Below, in pieces: positions 1-11,300 of a stretch of DNA of 64,000 bases. The stretch covers positions 1,612,001 to 1,676,000 of the forward strand of contig NC_134036.1 of assembly GCF_964204645.1 (NCBI RefSeq), written 5' to 3'. This DNA is from Tubulanus polymorphus (lineage: Eukaryota; Animalia; Nemertea). The notes below the pieces were generated by a model, which ran no database searches, was not told the DNA's origin, and saw only the letters and a program-made list of their open reading frames with translations. A program made the translations under genes and the position numbers. How positions within the stretch are numbered: the stretch's first letter is position 1; every line of letters starts with the position of its first letter.

Positions 1-354
1 TCTTGAGCTTGTAGTTTATACGAAGTTTCGACTATATTCTGATATTCATCTTCAGGAATACCCAATTCCTCAACTTAATTGTGTTACCATACTACAATAA
101 GTCGAGCGGAGGGAGTTCCCCCCCCCCCCCCAAAAAAAACTTTTGTGGCTGTTCTACTCGTTGCTTTCCCAACAAGTGAGGTGGGAGGGAGTTAAGCAAG
201 GTTCTATACTCGCTCCCCTATTGTTGGTAGCTGGTCTAGTCACTAACTCCACTCCCACTGGTCACGCAGCTGGTCACTGAACCGAACATGACACCACCAG
301 AAGAACTGACCTGGACAGCCTGGACACCTGGTCCGAGCTCAATTGCCCACAAGC

Positions 355-427
355 GGCGCCGTGGCTTAGCGGTTAAAGCGCCTGTCTAGTAAACAGGAGA
401 TCCCCGGTTCAAATCCGGGCGGTGCCT
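355..427 (+). tRNA. tRNA-Thr-AGT: tRNA-Thr (anticodon AGT)
   Basis: Full cloverleaf: acceptor GGCGCCG/CGGTGCC, D arm GCTT..AAGC, anticodon stem CCTGT/ACAGG with loop CT-AGT-AA (388-390), T arm CCCGG-TTCAAAT-CCGGG; followed by a TTTT Pol III terminator. Confidence 0.97.
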
Positions 428-1016
428 TTTAACTTTCTAAAAACTTTTTCTTTTCAGACTTATTCTAAGACCAGTGTAAAAATGTATTAAAAATATATTT
501 TCAAGAATCCGTGAAACAATCTTTCTTAAAAATTCTCCCAAAAAAATAAATTTTTTAGATAAATATTTTCAAAAACCCCCATTAAAACACGCATTCTTCC
601 TATAGGTACATAGTATGGTCATAGTAACCGACGAAGGTAAGTAACAGGTCTGGGAGTAATGGACGGATGATAAGCTAGGGTGGGTAAGCTACTAACGGCG
701 GATACTAATTGCGCAGACGTAATGCCGCGTATCGCGCAAACAGATGTCGCCTGACGATGCATAAAATAGGATTATTTTTCATCTAATCGATTTCGTATGG
801 AAAATCAATTTGTATTTTATGCTAAGATGATGGTGTCTGTTTCTGGCTCGCGCGCAAGAGCCACATTTTACGAAGCTCTGTGTGAATAATATAGAATTTA
901 CATCTAAAATTCGATTCGATAATTGTTCTAATGTTGAATAAGATAAAATCCCACTATTTACAGATTAAAAGAATTTAAAAACCAGAATTTATTTATTAAA
1001 TCTAAAATATATAAAA

Positions 1017-1060
1017 GACACGACGTTTCGATCTCACCCTAGAAATCATCGTCAGGTGTG
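1017..1060 (-). ncRNA. Minimal type I hammerhead ribozyme motif (second, inverted copy)
   Basis: Reverse complement reads CACAC-CUGACGA-U-GAUUUC(uagggu)GAGAUC-GAAACGUC-GUGUC; stem II retained through a G-U pair. Confidence 0.6.
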
Positions 1061-1100
1061 AGATTTAGATTAAAATTACCCCTGTTTTTAATCTAAATTT

Positions 1101-1144
1101 CACACCTGACGATGATCTCTAGGGTGAGATCGAAACGTCGTGTC
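1101..1144 (+). ncRNA. Minimal type I hammerhead ribozyme motif (Penelope-type)
   Basis: ACAC-CUGACGA-U-GAUCUC(uagggu)GAGAUC-GAAA-CG-UC-GUGU: core CUGANGA and GAAA, stem II, stem I ACAC/GUGU, palindromic ACGU in place of stem III. Confidence 0.65.
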
Positions 1145-1930
1145 TTTTATATATTTTAGATTGAATAAATAAATTCTTGTTTTTAAATTCTTTTAATCTG
1201 TAAATAGTGGGATTTTATCTTATTATCCGTTCACCACGTTTGAGTGTGGTTATCGTTCTATTCAAATGTCAAATTCTAAATAATTTAGATTAGGCCTATG
1301 TATTTTAAGTCTAAAAAAGATCCCAATCATAACTGAATTTTCAGATAGTGCTGCTGCTGTTGGCGATGAAAAAAAAATAAACAAATCATTTTTCGAACAA
1401 TCGCAAAAGCCAAGGGTTTATCTATGTAACATAATGATTCTATGCACAACCCGGTCACACACTCACTTGCCAGGAACAGATCTCTTCAATTATAATTTCA
1501 AAGAATAGAAAAAATAATTTAATAATCACAAAGATTGGGTGCCTACCACATCGTGTTCCTCATTGTTTTAAAAGACGCCATTTCGGGTCTCGGTGATCCA
1601 AAACGTATCCTCACCACGACGACACCAGAAAGTTCTGATTTTCAAAATTCTCGATGTCCTAAACCCGTTGGTCGACGACAATATCCTATTTTCTACACGC
1701 TTTTACGATATGATACACCAGCACGTTGAATATGTATAAATCGTTCCAATATGCTCCACTCGGCTGCTGTGCTATAATAGCGGAGATGTTTTTAATCTGA
1801 ACGCACGTTATAATCCATTGTCTCTCCTTCTCTCTCAATCGCGTCTCATGGCGTATTCCATTAACGAGAAAATGGTTTATTATCGTCGTTTTTACTATCA
1901 AACAATGTGTTCACATTGATGAAACACTCC

Positions 1931-2073
1931 TGGGGCCGGTTCCATAGTCACGACTTAAGACCAAAAGTGGTCTTAAAACCTTAAGACTGGTCTTAAGTTG
2001 TTAGATTGGCTATAGAACTAAGTTTGTCTTAAACCGGTCTTAAGTCTATGCTCTGTCTATGGAACCGGCCCTG
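1931..2073. mobile_element. MITE, PIF/Harbinger-like
   Basis: TIRs GGGCCGGTTCCATAG...CTATGGAACCGGCCC with CTG-type flanks; related copies at ~31954-32150, 33018-33130, 53161-53266. Confidence 0.65.
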
Positions 2074-3159
2074 GACTCCGCGTTGTAAAGATGATATAAA
2101 ATCCTTCGTTGATTAGAATGAAAAGGCGGTCTGAAATTTCTCCGTGAGCTAGTGTGTAGTTTATAAAGTGTGGGGTGAAGACGATATAAGAAATACCTGC
2201 ACACTAAGCATAAAAAAGAGTTCAAAACGTTTCCTCGGGCCGGTGTTCAACCGTGCCTAAATTAAGCCCATACAAGTGTTGGTCAGGATTTCTATGTAGA
2301 TGTATGGGGTAGGTCTAAGCCTATAGATCCTTTAACATATGGTCCAATAAACTTTATCTATTTATGTTTCGCGTGATCATCTAATATTTTTTGCTCTGAT
2401 TCGCTCTGCGTGAAATGCTACGTGTTCTGTTATCCGCTAGATGGCACCCGCACTCGCTGGGATTCGAAACCGATCCACTAGCATTGGCGACGCAATAGAC
2501 TGGTTGCCGGTCTCTACCTTCAGTTCCTATTCTGACTGCGAATGCAGGTGGGTGCCGAATTGGACAGGCGACCAGTCTAGCGACGCAACAAATCCAGTTA
2601 AAACGACCGACCGATAGATGGCGGCGTAGTGCAACGCTTCGCGTTGTTAATTTGCATAAATTTGTTGTCCGGTGACGCGGAGACGACGAAAACGGACGGC
2701 ATTGTTGAGCGTTTAAAGCTATGTTTATTGAATATTCAAGAAAGAAAGGCTACAAACTAACGTTACATATTTTCGTATAGAATAAATTCATTTAAATTTT
2801 CGAGAAAATGAACAATTTTAGATTGAAAACTACGGAAAGTTTCGTTTTTAATAATACACTGTACACGTAATACAAGGTTGACACCGATTCTGCGGACGAT
2901 GCGAACCATGCAGCAAGATTATTTCTACGGGGTTCACCGAGAATCTGTTGTATGAGGCGCCAGTGGATAGTCGACATAAGTCACAATTAAAACTTCATTG
3001 TTATTATCCGCTGGTTATCTTTAAGAAACTTTTCAGCAACTGGCTCCTGTTCCATCAGTTCGACTATAAAGGGCCAATAGGTGGTACAACAAAATTAGTA
3101 CAATCTTCCGAATGCGCACAAAAATATCTTGACACAAAACAACATGAATGTTATAATTT

Positions 3160-3294
3160 AGGGGCTGCAGTTGCTGAAATGTTTGTCTGCGTAAACCAGT
3201 GGATAGTTGACGTAGTGGCAATCAAAACATCATTGTTACTACGGTAACTATCCGCCGGTTATCGTAAACCAAACTTCGGGCAACTGAAGCCCCA
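3160..3294. mobile_element. MITE family with GGGCTGCAGTTGCT TIRs
   Basis: GGGGCTGCAGTTGCT...CCAGTGGATAGTTGAC...TATCCGCCGGTTATC...GCAACTGAAGCCCC; copies at ~2960-3050, 48782-48920, 48960-49060, 56525-56652. Confidence 0.65.
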
Positions 3295-3534
3295 GACTTT
3301 TACATGCACTATCTTTGTTCAAACTTTTAACCAATATCTGATCCGGCATTCGTAACCACTACTAACCTATGAGAAACAGAGACTGGTCCACGCTTTATTA
3401 ATTTCTAACTCATATTTAATTGAAAAGGAATGATAGATATTGTTAATGGAATGACAAAATCTGAACCCAAAACACGAAGATAACCGTTAAAAAACCACGG
3501 TGACGATTATATCGATTAATTCAGCATGAATTCA

Positions 3535-3750
3535 TGACGTCATACGTAAATATAGTATCACCCTATGACGTCATCAGTAACGTTCGGTTCATTTGAATAT
3601 TTTCCAATGACGTCATCGGTATTATTGTGCCCATTTCTATATTCACCATATGACGTCAGACAGATGAGTTTTTGTCGACACCTCAAAGTGCGATATCCAC
3701 TCCACATAACTATGTTCAATATCGCTTTAGGAGTGAACTCTATGACGTCA
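3535..3750. promoter_or_regulatory. Cluster of five perfect CRE palindromes (TGACGTCA)
   Basis: TGACGTCA at 3535, 3566, 3608, 3651 and 3743. Confidence 0.4.
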
Positions 3751-4167
3751 TCGGTGTGCGAGCGCGATTCCCTAAGACAAAACGTTCTAAAGACCTGATT
3801 TAGAAATGTTTCTCCCGAAACGACGATAGTTTGCTTGTTTCGTTTATTTTGCGCCGATCGCCGCGGCCGAGAGAGATCACGTGGTGTTTCCGCTATTTAC
3901 TCATTTCGTCACTTTCATGATCCTCCGCCCAGCCTAAAACCGACAGTATACGGCTACCCAGCGTAGTTAGTGTCTATAGATGGTTCCACGCTCACGCCGT
4001 TAGCCGCCAGGGGGCGTTATTGATAGGTGTCACGTGAGACGGCCGTATTTCCGGAATTCAAGTTTCTCAGATATCGACTAGCCCGCTCTAACGATTTTAT
4101 CATATAAAATTCTGAAATAGAAAAATAATAAGCTTGAACCCGTTAACTGTGAGACAACATTCTTGCA

Positions 4168-4610
4168 ATAGAGGGCGCTATACGGTCAGAGATATAACAT
4201 AATAACAGCCTTTTGAACTTTCGCAAAACCGGGGGCGATTTACGGTCAGATTTATCACGAAGTGGAGGCATGTTTAACTTTCACAACACCAGAGGGCGCT
4301 TTACGGTCAGATTTATCACGAAGTGGAGGCGTGTTCACCTTTCACAACAACAGAGGGCGATTTACGGTCAGATTTATCACGAAGTGGAGGCGTGTTTAAC
4401 TTTCACAACACCAGAGGGCGCTTTACGGTCAGATTTATCACGAAGTGGAGAAGTGTTCACCTTTCACAACACTAGGGGGCGCTTTGCGGACGGTCAAATT
4501 AAGTACAAAGTGGAGGTGTGTACGTGTTTCGCCACACCAGGGGGCGCTTGACGGTCAGAATTATTGCAATGTTGAGGCGTGTTAAACCTTCAAACAGCAG
4601 GGGGCGCTCA
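4168..4610 (+). repeat. ~61-bp tandem repeat with a CTCF-like motif in each unit
   Basis: Unit ~ACCAGAGGGCGCTTTACGGTCAGATTTATCACGAAGTGGAGGCGTGTTTAACTTTCACAAC, about 7 copies. Confidence 0.85.
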
Positions 4611-4879
4611 GATTCATTACATACTTGGTAATAAGATTATAACCGGGAAATTAATATGGTTGCGTGGATATTATGCCTGACTAATTTATACTCCATGCGT
4701 TGCATTCAATTATGCCTCATGTATAACGCTTATGGTTGGAGTAGGATTAATATCTCCTCTTCGACTTATAGAAATGATACCTTCCAATATGTCCCAGGCA
4801 ATATGTCCCAGACTGTAAATAGTGACAATAGTGTTATTTTTTGATCATTTTTCTATTTTCATAAGATATTTTCAAAATA

Positions 4880-4884
<5 letters not shown>

Positions 4885-4960
<76 letters not shown>
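4885..4960. repeat. (TA)n microsatellite
   Basis: Pure TA dinucleotide run. Confidence 0.95.
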
Positions 4961-4961
<1 letters not shown>

Positions 4962-5214
4962 TTTTAAACTCAGCAGAAATGAGAGGTATGAATTGTTTAG
5001 AGCCTTATCTATTCATCTTAAACCACCAACACAACTTGATGGGAGGGGAATAACAGTCATATGAAACGTACCTTTTAGATGGATTAACTTTTGTAGAATT
5101 TCCCTGAAACAAGAAGAGAGAAAAGTTGTCAGTTAATTCTGTTCTGTGGCATGTGGTCTTCTTATATCAATCAATCCCTTCACACATTTTCAATCGTCCA
5201 TCAAAGAAAGTTAT

Positions 5215-5565
5215 TAATTGAAAATGAACTATATACACGAAAATGAACTACTGTGCTTCACCTGAGACATTTTTAATTGAAAATGAACTACAAACACCAG
5301 ACATTAGACATTTTATCAGAACACTTTCAAAAACTGATCGTCCACACTTCACATGTGTTCAGTGCTTCATCTGAGACATTTCTAATTGAAAATGAACTAC
5401 AAACACCAGATATTAGACATTTTATCAGCACACTTTCAAAAACTGATCGTCCACACTTCACATGTGTTCAGTGCTTCACCTGAGACATTTCTAATTGAAA
5501 ATGAACTACAAACACCAGACATAAGACATTTTATCAGCACACTTCCAAAAACTGATCGTCAACAC
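5215..5565 (+). repeat. 109-bp tandem repeat, also dispersed
   Basis: Unit AATTGAAAATGAACTACAAACACCAGACATTAGACATTTTATCAG...CCTGAGACATTT; same family at 15740-16025. Confidence 0.9.
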
Positions 5566-5797
5566 TTAATATTCGTGTGTATGACTGTGTGGGGTTCAGT
5601 AGTTCAAGTTGTAATCGTCTGCGCTCTTGTGAGCTGTAATCCGATCTGTAGTTGTAACATGCCATCCCCAAATATTGTGTATTCCTTTATCCCACCCCAG
5701 GGCACTAAACCATCCTTCCGCGGAAGCCACAACTTACACAAAAATCGCGGAGAAGCACCGGTTTCAAGACTTTCCACACAAAGGGTCAGTAACACTA

Positions 5798-6098
5798 GAT
5801 TAAGGACCAGTCTAAACTCATTTTGGTTCTATAACTAATCTAACAACTCAAGACCGGCCTAAGCTCATTTTAGTTCTATAAACAATCTAACAACTTGAGA
5901 CCAGTCTAAGCTCATTTTAGTTCTATAACCAATCTCACAACTTGAGACCAGTCTAAGCTCATTTTAGTTCTATAACCAATCTCACAACTTAAGACCAGTC
6001 TAAGCTCATTTTTCTATAGCCAATCTAACAACTTAAGACCAGTCTAAACTCATTTCAGTTTTGAAGCCAATGAACCAACTTAAGACCAGTCTAAGCCA
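5798..6098 (+). repeat. ~43-bp tandem repeat derived from the interior of the 1931-type MITE
   Basis: Unit CTTAAGACCAGTCTAAGCTCATTTTAGTTCTATAACCAATCTAACAA, about 7 copies; also at 40262-40340. Confidence 0.85.
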
Positions 6099-6493
6099 CT
6101 TGTTTCTTATTGTTGTTAGGTTTCTATGGCCGCCTATATTATTTGGCATAGAATTTTCTTGGTGACGTATAAGGAACCGGAAATGACGAAATACAAAATG
6201 GCTGCTGACTAAGCCGAGTGACTCTCGTACAGATGGTGACTTGTTGCATTGATACAGAGGTCGCCAGGGCTCCAATAGAAAATGCTAATAAGGCAAAAGA
6301 AGTCATTCATAAAATGATAATCGTGAACGCCGAAGACGAGGAAACGTCGATGAAAGTGAGGAATCTCTCGGGTTCGATCGATCATCGAAAACAATACGTT
6401 GATAACTCCAACGCGAACCGACGCCGATGAATGGGAAGAAAGTAAATGATTTTCTCGCGAAATCGATCCTGACATTTTCCGAATCACCTCAAA

Positions 6494-6878
<385 letters not shown>

Positions 6879-7403
6879 CACTATTTCTCTCTGTGGCTGA
6901 TGACGACCACAAACTCGAGAAAAATCATAATAACGCATTCAAATCATCTGCCGTCCGTCCGTTCATTCATAAAAAAACATACCATCACCTCAACATCATA
7001 TCGACCACAGCCGCCGGTTGAATGAGTGAAACGTGAACCTAAACCGTATTAAAACCTGAACTCCACGGAGAGAGTGGAGACAGAGAGAGAGACAGAGACA
7101 GAGGGATGGAGAGAGGTGCGAATCGAGGATCTGGAAGTAGAAACATGCGCGCGCATACCGGCGAGCCTGTTCGTGAATGAAAGTGAATATGAACGAACAA
7201 CAGACGAATAAGACGCCATGTTTTTTTCTATAAACGGATAAATCGATTCATCCCCTCGGAGAATATCACCGAATATAATCTCAAGTTACAAGACGTGGTC
7301 TCTCCTTCTTACTTTCAACCAGAAATAACTATGCAAACCAACAACACCGAACGCTGTACACTCTTAGAGGAAACGGCGGCGTCGCCAGTTAATCTAGTTT
7401 AAG

Positions 7404-7535
<132 letters not shown>

Positions 7536-7825
7536 ATGGCTGCATCAATTTAGTAATGTAAATAGAGACGGGAAGACGACAAATGTTGGATCTATTTTTG
7601 GTTAGATATCTCGTCGGACACTTCGAGATTTCTGTCAAGATTCGTTGACTTGATTTTCATAAAGGCAGCAGTTGTCATTCCCACAACTCGCTTGCCAGAG
7701 ACTGCCACCCATTCCGAACCGACGACCGACTTAATTGTTTTCCGACGGCGCTGTAATGTAAACATGTGTGGGAGGACAAAATCGTCTGGGCCAGCCGACG
7801 ACGGCGGCCATCTTGAAACCGTTGG

Positions 7826-8197
7826 AAGGTCGTCATTGGTAACTAATCATAATTTTACTGAATCGTTGAAGTTATCGAAAATGAGAAGGTCGTCATTAGT
7901 AACTAATCATAATTTTACTGAATCGTTGAAGTTATCGAGAATGAGAAGGTCGTCATTAGTAACTAATCATAATTTTACTGAATCGTTGAAGTTATCGAAA
8001 ATGAGAAGGTCGTCATTAGTAACTAATCATAATTTTACTGAATAGTTGAAGTTATTGAGAATGAGAAGGTCGTCATTAGTAACTAATCATAATTTTACTG
8101 AATCGTTGAAGTTATCGAGAATGAGAAGGTCGTCATTAGTAACTAATCATAATTTTACTGAATCGTTGAAGTTATCGAGAATGAGAAGGTCGTCATC
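7826..8197 (+). repeat. 60-bp tandem repeat (~6 copies)
   Basis: Unit AGAAGGTCGTCATTAGTAACTAATCATAATTTTACTGAATCGTTGAAGTTATCGAGAATG. Confidence 0.95.
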
Positions 8198-8372
8198 AGT
8201 CACTTGTATATACTTTGTATTCGGCCAAGCGTCAATTTAAATATTTAGCATAATACAATTAAAAGTAACAAGTAGCTTTAAACAGACTGTGTTCTTGTTC
8301 AAATGAAACAAAAAAACAATGAATAATTTTGCATAAATTTGAATATTCAAATGACTTATATATATTACTTAC

Positions 8373-11300
8373 CTACATCGGGAATAGAATATTTTGACTC
8401 TATCGCAATATTTGTTTCTGAAACGAAAGTGTCATTTAGTTAGTGTTTATTTCTGAAGGGGTGGGGAGTGGTAGTCCAAGGAAACATGGCCACCTTATCT
8501 TTTCTGGAAGCCATATTTTCTGGACGTATGACCACGCGAATTTGATGATGTCATTGGGGGATATATGAAGGCAAGCATCTCAAGGGGCCTTTCATACAAT
8601 AGGGTATGGCGGTTATTGTTAACGGTTATCAGATGCTTACCTATACACTGTATATAGTATTATCAGATGCTTACCTATAAACTGTGATCGTTTTTATACA
8701 TTTGTAATTACAACCCACGAATAACGACACGTCATCGGGAGATACGGACGAACATATGACGTCTTCACAAGTTGCGTAGGAAATGTTTGAATTCCAGAAA
8801 TTCGTAGTCGACACAGTGGCTACAAAAACAAAACAGGCATTAGTTGCGTAGTAATGTTGTTAATCATTGAATCAATGTGGAAATAATTAAAACAAAAATC
8901 TCAGTTTAAATTTGTCACGAACACATGGTTGCAAGGCGCCTGAGCTTTGTAAACACTATGTGAATATTAGTCGGTGCAACTCGACCCGAAATTAGTGCGC
9001 ATTCGTACAATAAACAATAAAGAGTTTATTGCAGTTTATTGAGAGTATTTCAGAGTTTATTGAATTTAGCTAATTGGACCGTTGGGTTTTTCAAAATGTC
9101 AACGACTAGCCACATACTGCTACCCCCTGGGTACATTGCGAGTAACACAGCCGTTATTAATTAACTGAATGACCTTTTCATTTAATTAATCCCGACGAAT
9201 CAAGAAGGTTTCATCATCTGCCATTAATGGTCGATTCGGTGTCGGAACACATGGTTACACCCAGCCTCGCTTGCCGGGGTTCGATTGCCTTCCATTGAAA
9301 GCTCACACAAGCCAACACAAACCCTTCAATGGTCTATTAACAGCGCCCGAGATTTCTTGTGCGGACGGGTTGCCGCTTAGCGGCCACCAGTCTATGCATC
9401 TAGCCAATCATCGAATCTGATTGGCTAGATGCATAGACTAGTGGCCGCTTAGCGGCAGGCAACCTGTCCGCACAAGAATCGGGCAAAGTCATAGACCAAA
9501 ATGAAGAGTTTGCGGCCTGGGTTTGTGTTAGCGTTAGCTCTCTCGACACGAGACAACCAAACCCTGGTAAGTGAGGATGGAAAGCGGCTGTAGAAGTGAC
9601 TGTTAATCAATGTTTCCGAGGAAGCTCAACTGTATTTATAAAACAGTTAACGATTCTATTAGAATCCACACTGATAGCTTCTTCCTTCCGTCTCAAATGT
9701 TTATAACGAACGAGTGACTATTTCTACTCCATCATCGGCTCCGACCGCCCCCACCCACCCTCACCTCGGAGATACATTGAGCCGGACATTGTGGCTTCTC
9801 CTCCTCCGCGCATAGCACCCTGTATAGCCTAGCAGCAACCTAGTGAGACAGATACCTTCTCCTCCCCTCACAGCCTAACAATTCCCGTAGTGGGGTTACC
9901 TGCAAGTAACTTCCCCATCCCTTCACAGCTATGGCATCAGCACCCTAATGACAATACCTTGCCCTCCCCTCACAGCTCTGGTATCGGCTCCCTAGTGACG
10001 TTACCTTCAAATAACTTCCCCTTCCCTCACAGCTATGGTATCAGCACCCTAGTGACGTCACCTTCAAATTACTTTCCCTCCCCTCACAGCTATGGTATCG
10101 GCACCCTAGTGACGTTACCTTCAAATAACTCCCCCTTCCCTCACAGCTATGGTATCAGCACCCTAGTGACGTCACCTTCAAATTACTTTCCCTCCCCTCA
10201 CAGCTATGGTATCGGCACCCTAGTGACGTTACCTTCAAACAATTCCCCCCTCACAGCTAAGGTACTATCAGCACCCAGTGGTGTTACCTTCAAATAACTT
10301 CCCCTCCCCTTACAACTTTGGGAGCAGCACCCTAGCGGCGTTACCTTCAAATAACTCCCCCTCCCCTTACAACTTTGGTATCAGCACCCTAGTGACGTCA
10401 CCTTCAAATAACTTCCCCTCCCCTCACAGCTATGGTAGCAGCACCCTAGTGACGTTACCTTCCCTCACCGCTAACCCCCTGTTTCGCTGCCGGCAGGTGT
10501 GGTGGGTCTGTAAAGGACACTCAATCAAAAAATCTAACGAAATTTACAAACCAAATAAACAACAGGGACAATCCCTATTTTAAGATAAAAAAACTTCGGG
10601 TCTGAACGAACGGTAAAAAATAATCAGTTCAGCTTACGACCTCGCTAGAAAATGAAATCTGTGTTGTAAGTAATAATAACGGAATAAAACAAACTGATTG
10701 ATATCTGGAGGAGTGTGAATTGTTTCTGAAGGAGTGCTCGGGCGTGTCGTCTGGGGCCGACACGAGTTGCTACGTGACACTGCCGTCTGTTCACGTATTT
10801 ACCGATTGTTGTTTATGACTAATAGCCAGACTCGATTATAACAGTCGCAGAAATGTTTGCTGTTTATTTTGAAACGGAGAAAGGCCGGATGGGAAAGTAA
10901 CTGGGATGGTCGGGAGCGGCGGGCGGGGGTGTGGTGCTCGGAATATAGCAGTCTCACAAGTCGTCGTGGGGGTCACTTTCACGTCCATAGTTTAGATTTA
11001 AGACAAATCTAAAGATAACCTAATTCTATGGACTAACTTGTCTTAAGACATTTGATCCTATTTTTGGACTGCGGACGGAGAAGGCCAGGGATGTGTAGGC
11101 CTACTTGACAAGGCTGATTTGTGGCAAGCTTCAGTTCTGTTTGAGAGAGGGAATGTTTAGCGAGGAAACCGGATCTAAAGGGTTGGAGGCAACAGCCAAT
11201 TGAACAATGGGAATTGAAGCTACAATTTTTACACAGGCCCTTTCGTAGCAGTTGAATTTGGAGGGGGATGGGGGCGTAGGGGGCGTTGGGGAAAGAGTAA

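Larger units (their letters stand above)
937..1224. mobile_element. Long inverted repeat (~140-bp arms), Penelope-like pLTR remnant
   Basis: 937-1075 is the near-perfect reverse complement of 1086-1224; each arm carries a hammerhead-like core followed by AATAAATAAA. Confidence 0.7.

Noticed and set aside
1464-1700. Possible minus-strand first exon ending CAA|GTGAGT
   Set aside because: The hydrophobic frame has no in-frame ATG and the ATG frame stops after 12 codons; at most a UTR exon.
7826-8197. CRISPR-like regular arrays (also 4168-4610, 45436-45805, 53378-53782)
   Set aside because: Head-to-tail units with no unique spacers, no cas genes, and a eukaryotic context.
9890-10583. Pro/Ser-rich repetitive ORFs and other repeat-derived ORFs (5277-5838, 12903-13370, 16762-17175)
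   Set aside because: They are translations of tandem repeats that recur at several non-genic loci.
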